Positions 9,005 through 18,733 of a stretch of DNA of 64,000 bases are shown here, piece by piece. Origin of the DNA: a virus (Duplodnaviria > Caudoviricetes). The notes beneath the pieces are model-generated. The model worked only from the letters and a program-made list of their open reading frames with translations, was not told the DNA's origin and ran no database searches. The first letter of the stretch is position 1. The number at the start of each line of letters is the position of its first letter. Both the position numbers and the translations under genes were made by a program. Where the stretch lies: IMG/VR virus record IMGVR_UViG_3300037264_008235, positions 1,466 to 65,465 of that record; one strand, 5' to 3'.

Positions 9005-10285
9005 CTACTGCTTTCCCGAACCCGCCGCGGCGCTATCGAGGGCCGCGAGCCTGGACAAGAGACCCGCGACCCGGGGGTCCGGGGAAACTGATCCCCGGGC
9101 CGGCTCGCGACGCGCTTCCGTTCCCTCGACGCCGCGGGCGACCTCCGCCCGCTCGAGCAGCTCCCTCGCGTCCTCGAGCTGCTGCCCCAGACCGATCAGT
9201 CCCTCGACCACGAGCGACTCGACCCGGTCCGCCCGTTCCGCCACCAGCTTCTCGACCGCGCGGAGGAGCCCCGGGAAGTCCCGGACCTCCGGCGCCGGCG
9301 CGGGAGCCGACCCGACGACGACCACGCGGTTCCCGGAGACCGGCGCCGCCGCCGGCGCCGAGTCCTCGACGATCGGACGCCCGACATCCGTCGCCTTCTC
9401 CCACCGCTCCGCCGGCCAGAGCGTCCGCGCCATCACGAACAGGCGCAGGTCCTGCTCCGCCCACCCGTCCCGCGCGCCCGCGTCCCGGACCGCCGCGCGG
9501 CGGAGCAGCTCGCGCCAGAGGTTCACGTCCGGCGGCCGGACCCGGCCCTCGGACTTCCGCTGGGCCAGGAGCGCGTAGGCGCCCTGGTTGCACGGGATCA
9601 GGCAGGGGGAGAACTCGATCAGCTCGTTCTTCTGGAAGACGATCCCGTGCTTCCCGAGTCCGAGATGCTCACGCTCCTTCGGATCCTTGACGTGGAGCGG
9701 CTCGTGGGACCGGAACCCGACCGAGCCGCCCCGCATGAATCCGGCGCGGACCAGCCGGAGCGCCTCGTCCGCCCGTGCGGAGACGTCCGCAGGCGCGAAC
9801 ATCGAGAAGAGACGGAGCGCCGGACCCTGGTAGTCGGCCCCCTCGCGGACGATGACTTGCCAGTCGAGGTGCTTCCCGATCGGGAGCCCGCCCCAGTCGT
9901 GGGAAAGCGGCATCGCGGGGTTGCCCGCGAACCGCTCGAAGGCCCAGTCCTGACGGACGATGTCCCCTTCCCCGTCGACGCGCTCATCGCTCGCCAGGTA
10001 GGGGACCACGCGGCCCGTCTCCGGGTGGGCCCACTCGTCTTTCCAATCCTGGACGCCGCGCGCCGTCGCCAGCGCGCGGAGCTCCGCGGCGCCTGGCAGC
10101 TGGACCGGGTCCTTGAGGACGAGCGCCGACTTTCCGAGCACCGGGAACCCTTCGCCGCCGGGCCCGTCCGTCCGGAGGACGGAGCGGCCGCCGGCGCGCG
10201 CCTCCTCGACCTGGAAAGTCGCGACCGGCTCGACCGACTTGAACCCGGCGAGCAGCTCCGCGACCCGGCTCTTGATCCCGTCCAT
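9005..10285 (-). CDS. HK97-family prohead protease
   Basis: ASDERVDGEGDIVRQ, SHDW..PIGK, GGSVGF, ELIEFSPC.IPCN motifs. Confidence 0.88.
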   Translation of the reverse strand: MDGIKSRVAELLAGFKSVEPVATFQVEEARAGGRSVLRTDGPGGEGFPVLGKSALVLKDPVQLPGAAELRALATARGVQDWKDEWAHPETGRVVPYLASDERVDGEGDIVRQDWAFERFAGNPAMPLSHDWGGLPIGKHLDWQVIVREGADYQGPALRLFSMFAPADVSARADEALRLVRAGFMRGGSVGFRSHEPLHVKDPKEREHLGLGKHGIVFQKNELIEFSPCLIPCNQGAYALLAQRKSEGRVRPPDVNLWRELLRRAAVRDAGARDGWAEQDLRLFVMARTLWPAERWEKATDVGRPIVEDSAPAAAPVSGNRVVVVGSAPAPAPEVRDFPGLLRAVEKLVAERADRVESLVVEGLIGLGQQLEDARELLERAEVARGVEGTEARREPARGSVSPDPRVAGLLSRLAALDSAAAGSGKQ

Positions 10286-10307
10286 ACGCTTTCTTTCCCT
10301 CCGCCGG

Positions 10308-10886
10308 TCAGTCCGGCAGCTCCTCGAGGACCGCCTCGCCGATCACTCGCGTCCCGGCCGTGACCGCCCCGTCCGCGCAGATCGCCACGCCCCCGGCAGG
10401 CGGGATGTCCATCACGCGGGAGAGGTCCGACTCGCTGGATCCGCGCGCGAGGTCGAACTCCCTCGGCCCGGCCGGCGCGTACCCGTCTCCCGCGACGTAG
10501 CCGACGTCGGCCCCGACCAGCCGCGCGAGCGGGGACTTCGTGCTGAGGACCGCCGTCCCCGCCGCGAGCCCCTCTTTCCGCATGAGGACGTCCGAGATCG
10601 TCGCCTCCGCGTAGCGGGAGTTGAGCGACTCCGGAACGATCGCCACGGCCGCGGGCGTCCCGGTCGCCGCGAAGGCCCCGACGAAGCGCCGGAGCGCGAA
10701 GACGGAGAACGTGATCGCGGTCGTCCCGCCGAACCGGAGGAGCGCGCGGAGCCCGCGCAGCAGGACGCGCCGGTTCGTGCTCGTGTTCCGGATCGCGAGG
10801 TACGGGGTCAGGTCGTCCAGGTCCGTGGTCGGGATGAAGTCGAACGAGACCACGTAGATTCCCTTCGGCGTCCCGCGAGTCACCAT
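10308..10886 (-). CDS. Hypothetical head-module protein
   Basis: 192 aa ORF with RBS between portal and protease. Confidence 0.5.
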   Translation of the reverse strand: MVTRGTPKGIYVVSFDFIPTTDLDDLTPYLAIRNTSTNRRVLLRGLRALLRFGGTTAITFSVFALRRFVGAFAATGTPAAVAIVPESLNSRYAEATISDVLMRKEGLAAGTAVLSTKSPLARLVGADVGYVAGDGYAPAGPREFDLARGSSESDLSRVMDIPPAGGVAICADGAVTAGTRVIGEAVLEELPD

Positions 10887-10899
10887 CTCGATCCTCCCG

Positions 10900-13113
10900 T
10901 CACGTCGGCGTCGCGAAGCAGCGGCAGCCGATCACCTCTGAGGCCGGCGCGCGCGGGTCTCCCGGGTACTCCAGGACCCCGCCGCCCCCGACCAGTTCCA
11001 TGAAGTTGAAGCCCAGGTCGACCTCGCCCGCGTCTCCGTAGATCCGGTGCGTGTCCCGGACGGCCTCGTCTCCGGCCGTCCCCCACTCGTGCTTGACGAA
11101 ACCCTGGATCCGGAACAGCTCGTCCCGCGCCCCGTTGACGAACCCGGTCGCCTCCGTCCGCGCGACCGAAAGGGACTTGGAGCTCGAGGACGCGAGCGAG
11201 AACTCCCGCGCCAGCCGGGCCCGGAGCTGGGGAACCGTCTCCCCCTGACGCTGCCCCTCGTCCATCGCGGACCGGAGCCGGCGCTCGAGGTTGGCCGGAA
11301 CCGTGTCCAGGAGTCGGCGCTCCCGGAACTCGAAGAAGCGCGTCAGGCGCGGGTCGTCGACCTCGACCGTCTGCGTCCCGATCTCCCCGGAGACGAAGTC
11401 GAACGTCTCGACCAGCGCGGCGCCATAGACCGGCCGCGCGTACGTCTTCAGGCGCGCCCGGAGGGCGGCCAGCGGCGGGAGCGCGACGCGCGGGTCGAGC
11501 GCGCGCGTCACCTTGTCGAAGGCCCGGAGGACCTCCTCCTGAGCCTCCGCCACCCACTTCCGGTAGGCGCGCCGCATCCGCGCCTCGACGGGCGAGTGGA
11601 GCGACAGGTACTCTCCCCAGGTCCTCCGCCGCGCCCGCCGCCGGGCGACCGTCGCCGGCGCCGGCGCGTCGTCCTCCTCCTCGACCGGAGGCTCGTCCTC
11701 GACCGACTCCGGAGGCTCGAGCGCGACGTCGGTCGGGACGAGACCCTGCCCGACGAGCGCGACGTCGTCTCCCGGGTAGCGGTTGACGTCGACGCCCGCG
11801 AAGTCGTAGGCGACCCGCGGCGGCGCGCGGAGCGGCTCCTCCGCCAGCTTCCGCGCGAGGTCGATCTTCTCCGAGACGCCGACCCGGAGCGCCTCGACGT
11901 TGGTCAGGTCGAACGCGCCGAAGAGGCGGTCCGTCTCGAACCCGAAGAGCGGGGAGAACTCGAGCGTCGTTTCCAGACGCTTGAGCAGCGGGAGGACCGT
12001 GTTCTCCCAGAAGATCTTGAGCTGGGCCATCGCCGTCGCGTAGTTGACGACGTCCGTGACCCCGAGCAGGCTGGGCGGGACCCCGAGGACGGCGAGGATC
12101 TCCTCCCGGTCCCAGCGCCGCGTATTCAGGTGTTCCATGTCCCGCGGCGAGAGCCCGACCTGGTGGTACTTGATCCCGCCGATGAGAACCCCGACTCGGC
12201 CGGCGTTCTCCGGTCCCCGGTGCCGGTTCTCCCACCGCTGGCGGAGCGTATCCGGATCGACCCCGACTCCCTCGTACTCGAGGATGCCCTCCGGGACCGC
12301 GCGGTTCGACAACATCCGGTCCTCGTGCGTCCGGAGCTTGAGGTCCGTCGTGACCGCCTCGGCAGCCGCGCTGATCTTTGATTTCCCGCGCGTCGGGTCG
12401 GCCGGGTTCGGCAGCTTGAACTGCACGACCTCCTCGAGATCGAGGAACGTCTCGACCCGCCGCTCCGCGCCGGGCAGGTAGGGCGGGAACCGGAGACGCC
12501 AACCGCCCAGCTCGCCGCGCTTCCCGCCGCCGACGTGGACGGGCTCGAGACTCTCTGGGCCGAGCGGCCAGACCCGCTCCGGGATCTCGCCGACACGCGG
12601 CCCGCCGCCGATCTCTCCCCAGTCGAGGACCCAGAACACCTCGCCGCAAACGACCAGCCAGAGGAAGGTCAGCGCCCAGAGGTCGTCCCCGTGCTGGTAC
12701 GGGTTCGGGTTGCTGAGCAGGACCGCGACCGGGTGGTCGTCGATCGCCTGGGCGGACGTGGCGCGGAGGAGCGTCGCCCGCGCGTGGAGTCGCGCGATCG
12801 CGGCGCGCTTCCTCCCGGCGCGCGGCTGCGGGCCTGGCTCGCGCGGGTCCTCCGCGTAGACGCGGAAGGGCGCGTTCATCGCGGCGGTCGCGATCGCCTG
12901 CGCGCCCGCGAACACCCACGCGTGGTTCGAGTAGGGATCCCGCGCCTTGAGCTCGGGCGGGAGCGCGGCGCCGGCGGCGCCTCCGAACAGCCCGCCGAAC
13001 CAGTCGTCCAGGAGCGACCCGAACCACTTCAGGCGATTGCCGCCCTCGCCGGCGCGCCGGCGACCCTTTCCGGCTCCGCCGTTCTGGCGGTGCCCGTTCT
13101 TCTCGAGGATCAC
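10900..13113 (-). CDS. Portal protein fused to Mu gpF-like head morphogenesis domain
   Basis: Portal motifs (LLSNPNPYQ, EVVQFKLPNP, GVPPSLLG, NYAT); C-terminal ARTEAT, KHEW..GDEAVRDTH, YPGDP..EVIGCRC. Confidence 0.9.
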   Translation of the reverse strand: MILEKNGHRQNGGAGKGRRRAGEGGNRLKWFGSLLDDWFGGLFGGAAGAALPPELKARDPYSNHAWVFAGAQAIATAAMNAPFRVYAEDPREPGPQPRAGRKRAAIARLHARATLLRATSAQAIDDHPVAVLLSNPNPYQHGDDLWALTFLWLVVCGEVFWVLDWGEIGGGPRVGEIPERVWPLGPESLEPVHVGGGKRGELGGWRLRFPPYLPGAERRVETFLDLEEVVQFKLPNPADPTRGKSKISAAAEAVTTDLKLRTHEDRMLSNRAVPEGILEYEGVGVDPDTLRQRWENRHRGPENAGRVGVLIGGIKYHQVGLSPRDMEHLNTRRWDREEILAVLGVPPSLLGVTDVVNYATAMAQLKIFWENTVLPLLKRLETTLEFSPLFGFETDRLFGAFDLTNVEALRVGVSEKIDLARKLAEEPLRAPPRVAYDFAGVDVNRYPGDDVALVGQGLVPTDVALEPPESVEDEPPVEEEDDAPAPATVARRRARRRTWGEYLSLHSPVEARMRRAYRKWVAEAQEEVLRAFDKVTRALDPRVALPPLAALRARLKTYARPVYGAALVETFDFVSGEIGTQTVEVDDPRLTRFFEFRERRLLDTVPANLERRLRSAMDEGQRQGETVPQLRARLAREFSLASSSSKSLSVARTEATGFVNGARDELFRIQGFVKHEWGTAGDEAVRDTHRIYGDAGEVDLGFNFMELVGGGGVLEYPGDPRAPASEVIGCRCFATPT

Positions 13114-13704
13114 GGCGCGCGCCTCGACGCGCCCGGGGCACGGGGTCGCTCGGAGGGGCGGCTCGTCCCCAACGATCGGGTACGGGCCGCGAGATGGGCC
13201 GCGACCCCACGACCCCGGCCGACGTTCCCCCGGGACGGACTACGATTCTTCTGCTCGGGCGGCGCGCGGCGCGGCGGTTCCGACGACGCTTCGGATCCGG
13301 CGCGCGCCCCGAACATCTCCCGCCGCCCGGACGCCAGGACTGCGAGCGCGTCGAGGCGCGCGGCGGGCGGCCGGTCGGTCCGGGCTCGAGGCCCGGTCTC
13401 CGGAGACGGGAACCTGACCGCGCAGCGCGGCGGCTGGTTGTGGAAGGCGCGCCCCGCGCTCTGCCGCGGGGTCACGCACCGCTCCGGAAACGAGCGGGTC
13501 GACGGGGTGCGGCGGCCAGGAGCGGGGAAGGCACGAGGCACCTCCCAGCTCGACTGTCGAGGTCCTCTCTCCCGCGGAGATCGAGGAAACCGCCCAAGGA
13601 CACCCCACGACCGCGAACCCGGAACCGGAGTGGTTGACTTTCTCAGTTACGAGGACTTCGAGATTCCGACGGACATTGGATAGCCCCGGGGACCCGGCGT
13701 CAAG

Positions 13705-15996
13705 TCAAACGCGCGCGCCGCCGGTGAAAAACGGCACGTCCATCATCAGCACGTCCGGGCGGAGCCGGACCTGCTTCCGCATCTGCCAGGCGATGGCCCA
13801 CTTCACCACGGCGTCGTCGTGGGCTCCCCCGTCCCCCCGGTACTTCCCGTCCGACTGGAGGCGGAACGAGAGGCACTCCCCGAGAAACTCCCGGTCCCGG
13901 ACCGGGAAGACGCCGAGCCGGATCGCCTCGGCCATCTCGACCAGCATGGTCGGGCGCGTCGCGCTGTTCGTGTCCCAGCCGGGACGGGCCAGCTTCATCG
14001 CGTCGAGGTCCGGCCGCTTCCAGCTCGCGGTCTCCGCCGCGCGCGGGAGGAAATAGAACAGCGGCCCACCGAGGAAGTGCGGGTCCCCGTAGCCGAGTTG
14101 CATGATCTTCAGGAGCACCGCGTGGCCGTGGTTCTCCCGCTCGACCCCGAGGAGCGCGTCGTTGTAGCGCCGGCAGAGCCGGACCGCGTGCTCCGCGAGG
14201 TCCGTGATGTTGAACGTCCCGTGGATCGCCGCGACCTGCGCGCCCGTGTCCCGCCGGAGGATCCCGACCCCGTTCGGGTCCCCGCCGAGGAGTCCCTCGC
14301 TCGTGTCGCAGCCGGCCACGTACTCGACCCCGATCTCCGGCGGCGCCCACTCGACCTCGTAGCCGCCCGCCAGGTGCCGGACCGCGTACTCCGGGAGGAC
14401 GCGGAGCAGCCTCGAGACCACCTCGACGTCGAAGAAGCAGCGCCCGGACGTCAGGAAGCAGAGCTCCGGGTCCTCCGGGTGCTCCTGACCCGCGAGCCGG
14501 CCGAAGTCCTTCCTGATCTTCCGCCGGAACGCGATCTGCGGGAGCGAGAGCTGGTGTTTCTGGACGAGCGCCCGCTCCTCATCGTCCAGCGTGTCCCTGA
14601 TCTCCTCCTCGGAGAACGTCCCGCTCGGGAGGATGTTGGTCGGATCCTCGAACCAGGGGAGGAAGATCGGGTACCAGCCGGACAAGGCGGGGTTCTTCTT
14701 CGCCTCCGTCCACTTGTTATAGAACCACTCGCGACCGTTCGGCGTCGTCTCGAGCACGACCTCCCCGCGCGCGGCCGCTCCCAGCACACCCGCCATGAGC
14801 TGGTCGACATCGTCTTGCTGGTGCGGGCCGGGACAAAACCACGCCGCCTCGCTCCCGTGGAATCGCTGGAGCGTGTCCCCGCGGGAGAACCCCTCCGCGC
14901 GCGCCGTCCCGATGAAGAACAGGGACTTGTTCTCGAACTGGAGCGCGCCCCTCGATTCCGAGAGCAGGTTAACCGGCTCCGCGTCCGTCTCCTGGAACGT
15001 CTTCGCGATGCGGAAGATCTGCTCCGTGTCCTTCGCCGTCTGGGCCAGCGTGACCGCGTAGGTCCGCGGCCGGGAGACGCAGAGCCGGTAGGACAGCGCC
15101 TGCTCCAGCGTCGAGAACCCCCCCTTGCGGTACTTCAGCAGGAGGAACTTGCGGAACCCCTTCCGGCGCGCGAACCGCTTGAGCGCGAGGTACCGCTTCT
15201 GGACCTGCGTCAGGTCGAACGGGACGATCCTCGAGACGCTCCCTCCGCTGTCCGTATCCGCCGGGCCCTCGACCGCGCCCTCCCGCTGGAGCGGGGTCAG
15301 CGTCTCGAGCGGGCGGTCCGTCCTGATCCTGAGCCGGCTCCTCGCGAACCCGACGAAGGGCAGCTCCCGGACCTTGACGTCCTCGAGGTCCATCAGCCGC
15401 CGGTAGCGCGGGTCTCCCGCCTTGAGGACGTGCGGCTCCTGGTCCGGGAACGCGGCCGCGACCGTCCTCGCGTCCAGCCGTATCCGCCTCGTCCCCTCCG
15501 CGCGGGCGAGCTTGTAGAACCAGTGCCCGCGCGGCGCGATCTGGCCGGAGACGAGCACGTCCGCGCCCGCGAGCCGCGGCCCGAAGCGCGTCAGAGGATC
15601 CTCGTCGAACAGGTGCGCGTCCGCGACCGCCACGAGCGAGAACTCCTGCCCCTGGATCCGGCCCGGCTCGTCCGAGAGCCAGAGGGCCAGGCCCGGGAGG
15701 TCGACCCGCGCCGTGTGCAGGTTCCGGTTCTTGCGCTGCGCGTCGCACCACTCCTGGATCAGGATCAGGGCACGCGGGACGTCGACGGTGACGAACGCGG
15801 CGCGCCCCTTCCGGCACAGCGCCAGACCGAGGAGCGCCTCGAAGGCGCGCGCGTTCAGCGCCGCGTGCTCGAGCGCGACCGTCCCCGCCGCCCCGACCAG
15901 GTCGGCGAAGACGCGCGGGAGCTTGATCCGGAACTTCTCCGGAGCGCGGCGGAAGTCCGAGAGGCGAGCCCGCCTCTGCTGATGGATCGCCGCCAC
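13705..15996 (-). CDS. terL: Terminase large subunit with N-terminal extension
   Basis: LKYRKGGFST (Walker A), FHGSEAAW (Walker B), ETTPNG, nuclease AGCDTSEG and HDD motifs. Confidence 0.9.
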   Translation of the reverse strand: MAAIHQQRRARLSDFRRAPEKFRIKLPRVFADLVGAAGTVALEHAALNARAFEALLGLALCRKGRAAFVTVDVPRALILIQEWCDAQRKNRNLHTARVDLPGLALWLSDEPGRIQGQEFSLVAVADAHLFDEDPLTRFGPRLAGADVLVSGQIAPRGHWFYKLARAEGTRRIRLDARTVAAAFPDQEPHVLKAGDPRYRRLMDLEDVKVRELPFVGFARSRLRIRTDRPLETLTPLQREGAVEGPADTDSGGSVSRIVPFDLTQVQKRYLALKRFARRKGFRKFLLLKYRKGGFSTLEQALSYRLCVSRPRTYAVTLAQTAKDTEQIFRIAKTFQETDAEPVNLLSESRGALQFENKSLFFIGTARAEGFSRGDTLQRFHGSEAAWFCPGPHQQDDVDQLMAGVLGAAARGEVVLETTPNGREWFYNKWTEAKKNPALSGWYPIFLPWFEDPTNILPSGTFSEEEIRDTLDDEERALVQKHQLSLPQIAFRRKIRKDFGRLAGQEHPEDPELCFLTSGRCFFDVEVVSRLLRVLPEYAVRHLAGGYEVEWAPPEIGVEYVAGCDTSEGLLGGDPNGVGILRRDTGAQVAAIHGTFNITDLAEHAVRLCRRYNDALLGVERENHGHAVLLKIMQLGYGDPHFLGGPLFYFLPRAAETASWKRPDLDAMKLARPGWDTNSATRPTMLVEMAEAIRLGVFPVRDREFLGECLSFRLQSDGKYRGDGGAHDDAVVKWAIAWQMRKQVRLRPDVLMMDVPFFTGGARV

Positions 15997-16009
15997 GGAG
16001 AGGACCTCC

Positions 16010-16564
16010 CTACTGCCGGTCGAGCAGCTCGGCGCCGTTCAGTCGGGACTCTTCGAGCTTCCGTTCCAGTTCCGTCCGCTCCGCTTTCAGGCGCTCGCAC
16101 CAGCCGCGCGCCTCGTCCCGCTCCGCGATCACGCGATTGACCGTGTCCTCCGCTATCCGGAGAATCTCCACGGGCATCGCCACGCCCTCGGACTTCGGAT
16201 CGAACCCGAGCGACGCGAGCGTCGTCCCGAGGTCTCCAGGCTCCGCGTAGTGAACGGGCATCCGGCAGCGGACCGCCTCCGCGATCTCCTCCCGCACACC
16301 GACGCTCTCCTCCCACCCGTCGAGCTTCAGGACGACCAGCGCCTCGGCCGCGCGGAGGAACTCGAAGTCGACCCGGCGCCAGAACGGCCAGTCTTTCTCG
16401 AGATCGTGGAGCCGCGCTCGGCAGATCGTGAAGCTGTAGACGATCGGAGAGAACACGACGTGGCCGGCGCGCAGCTCCCGCTCCAGGAAGTCCAGCGCGC
16501 GGTGGTACCGCTTCTCGCGGATGACCGGGTCCGCATGCGTGAACGGGCTCGCGAGGTAGATCAC
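16010..16564 (-). CDS. DUF1937 / nucleoside 2-deoxyribosyltransferase-like protein with coiled-coil tail
   Basis: MIYLASPFTH, VFSPIVY, W..VD..FL, LDGWEESVGVREEI. Confidence 0.75.
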   Translation of the reverse strand: MIYLASPFTHADPVIREKRYHRALDFLERELRAGHVVFSPIVYSFTICRARLHDLEKDWPFWRRVDFEFLRAAEALVVLKLDGWEESVGVREEIAEAVRCRMPVHYAEPGDLGTTLASLGFDPKSEGVAMPVEILRIAEDTVNRVIAERDEARGWCERLKAERTELERKLEESRLNGAELLDRQ

Positions 16565-16746
16565 GCAGACCTCCTCCTCTCTCTCTGCTCGTGCACGAGC
16601 TCCCGGTGGCGGGCCCTCGTCACCATCCCGCTACACAGGCAGACGGGACACGGTTGCCCGGAACCGTCTCCGCGGCGACGGTTCCCGGTCCCGTCACAGT
16701 TAAGGCACCTGTACGGGAACCCCTCTCTCGGCCGGAATAGCCTCAC
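16561..16746 (-). CDS. Small DnaJ-type Zn-finger protein
   Basis: CLNCDGTG...CPVCLCSG. Confidence 0.55.
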   Translation of the reverse strand: MRLFRPREGFPYRCLNCDGTGNRRRGDGSGQPCPVCLCSGMVTRARHRELVHEQRERRRSA

Positions 16747-17006
16747 TTGAGTAGGCGCTCCGCTCTCCGCGCGCGCCGTTCCTGCTCCAGCTTGCCGCCG
16801 CAGTAGATGAGCGCGCCCCGATCCTTTAGCCGGCGGAAAAGCAACTCACGCCGGATCGCGCTGATCTGCCGCGCGTCCGGCGAGTCGATCCCGTTCCGCC
16901 CGCGCTCGATCGAGAGGACGAGATCGACGAAGCGCGGGTCCCCGAGGGACCGGCGTTCCAGCCACGTCTGCCGCTGCGGTTTCTTGAACAGGCTCCCGTC
17001 CTTCAC
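16743..17006 (-). CDS. Hypothetical protein
   Basis: GTGA-coupled ORF. Confidence 0.4.
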   Translation of the reverse strand: MKDGSLFKKPQRQTWLERRSLGDPRFVDLVLSIERGRNGIDSPDARQISAIRRELLFRRLKDRGALIYCGGKLEQERRARRAERLLK

Positions 17007-17311
17007 GTCTTCCTCCGCGCCCGCCGGTGCCGCGTCGCGTCGAGAAGCCGGTAACCGGACCCCGGCGCGTTCCGCTGCGGCGGGAACCGCTCTCCCTTGC
17101 TCAGCGTGATCTCGTACTCCGTCTTGAGCCCGGTCGGGTCCACGATCGCGTACTGCCCGGATACCGGGCACTTGTTCCCCGGGTTGAAGTTCCTTCCCTC
17201 GAGCCGCGCGAGGTCGTGCTTGCGAGCCGGCTTCCGAGCGGGCATGTCTGATGCTCCTCTCAAGTTCTTCGGGTCGAACCGTTTCCAGAACCACTCCGCC
17301 CAGCGGCTCAC
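17003..17311 (-). CDS. YjzC-like protein
   Basis: FNPGNKCPVSGQY..G...EITLSKGERFPP motif. Confidence 0.65.
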   Translation of the reverse strand: MSRWAEWFWKRFDPKNLRGASDMPARKPARKHDLARLEGRNFNPGNKCPVSGQYAIVDPTGLKTEYEITLSKGERFPPQRNAPGSGYRLLDATRHRRARRKT

Positions 17312-17580
17312 CGGACCTTCTTCCCGCGCGCCGACGGCGACTCCCGATCCTCGTCCTCGACCAGCTCCTCCGCGCGCCGCCTCAGCCGGTCGGCGCAGGC
17401 GAGGTAGGCATCCCGCTGCTTCCCGTCCGGAGCGAACGCGAAGTCCGACTCAATCCCCAACGCGATGTCATTCAGGATCGCGGAGACGAGGCGCGGCCCG
17501 TCGTTCAGCAACCCGCGGTACACGTGGGCGCGCGGGTCCTCCGGAGCCGGAACCGGCGCGGCGGCCGCCGACGCGCTCAC
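17308..17580 (-). CDS. Hypothetical protein
   Basis: Translationally coupled ORF. Confidence 0.45.
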   Translation of the reverse strand: MSASAAAAPVPAPEDPRAHVYRGLLNDGPRLVSAILNDIALGIESDFAFAPDGKQRDAYLACADRLRRRAEELVEDEDRESPSARGKKVR

Positions 17581-18656
17581 CGCGACGCCTGAACGTTGTC
17601 CAGCCTCCAGCCGTCGAACCTCGTCGGAGTTTCCTGAGACGAGAAGTCCGCGGCGAACGACGCGAGGTAGGAATGACGCTCCCCGTTCCCTCCCGGCGTG
17701 AACGACGCGAGGAAGCGGTCCGACGCGGGAAGGTGTTCCAGGTCTATCGCCCCAGACCAGGCGTAGTGAACCGGGAACCCGAGATTGATCTGGGCGAGCA
17801 GCCCCCCGGATCTCGAGAACCGCTTGATGAGGAACGGCCCCCAGCGAACCAAGACGTCACCCGTCTGAGGGTGAAACGTCATCGCGTCGCCCACGACCTG
17901 ATAACCGCGCGGGTCGATCAGCGGCCCGAGCCACTCGAGCTCGTCGGCCGTGTACCGCTGGACGTCCGGCTGGCCCGGATCATTCCCGCTCCAGGCGCAG
18001 CCGAGCCAGATCTCGCGCCGGACTCTCAAGACCGAACGGCCTCCATGGACCGGAGGCCCAACGCCGCCCAACTCTACGGGAAACGCGCCACCGGACCGGA
18101 GATCCAGCGACCACAACGGCGGTTCCCCGAAACGCGCGTCGAGCAGGTACAGGCTCGGCGCCTCCGGGTGAAGCGTCCCGGCCACGAGCGCCGGACCTGG
18201 GACCTTCCACGAGAGAACGAACGGGAGCCCAGGAACCCAAGCGCAAACCGTCGAGACGTACGGCTGCGTCTGAGACCCGGAGAGGAAGCAGAGCAGCAGC
18301 CCGCCGTCGGCCTCCTTCCAGCCGCCTCCGAACGACTCCCGCCCGCCGGCGAATTGCCCGAGGAGCGGGACCTCCCCCGTCCGCTCGAACGGCGGCGCCG
18401 ACCGGTGAGAGCAGAACGTCCCGCGAGACCAGCGCGGATGAATGAGGAACCCGCCCGGGACCGTCCAGGCGTTCGCCTCGAGTTCGAACTCGTCTCCGGG
18501 CGGGAGGACCAGGACCGTCCCGCCAGGAATCTCCTGTACTCGATCGGCGAACGGAGGCGAGGACCGCGTCACGTCGAACAGCGCCAGGAGCGCCGACTGG
18601 GCGAACGCCGGCGTCACGGCCGCGAACAGAAGAACGAGAGCCCGAAGAGTCTTCAC
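17577..18656 (-). CDS. Secreted beta-rich protein
   Basis: Signal peptide MKTLRALVLLFAAVTPAFA-Q; possible Ig-like plus propeller-like strands. Confidence 0.55.
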   Translation of the reverse strand: MKTLRALVLLFAAVTPAFAQSALLALFDVTRSSPPFADRVQEIPGGTVLVLPPGDEFELEANAWTVPGGFLIHPRWSRGTFCSHRSAPPFERTGEVPLLGQFAGGRESFGGGWKEADGGLLLCFLSGSQTQPYVSTVCAWVPGLPFVLSWKVPGPALVAGTLHPEAPSLYLLDARFGEPPLWSLDLRSGGAFPVELGGVGPPVHGGRSVLRVRREIWLGCAWSGNDPGQPDVQRYTADELEWLGPLIDPRGYQVVGDAMTFHPQTGDVLVRWGPFLIKRFSRSGGLLAQINLGFPVHYAWSGAIDLEHLPASDRFLASFTPGGNGERHSYLASFAADFSSQETPTRFDGWRLDNVQASR

Positions 18657-18733
18657 GACCCGTCCCTCCGTACTTCCTGCAATCGCTCATGGTCGCCCAG
18701 ACGCTTCAGGTCGAGGCCCCGCCGCGACTTTCC

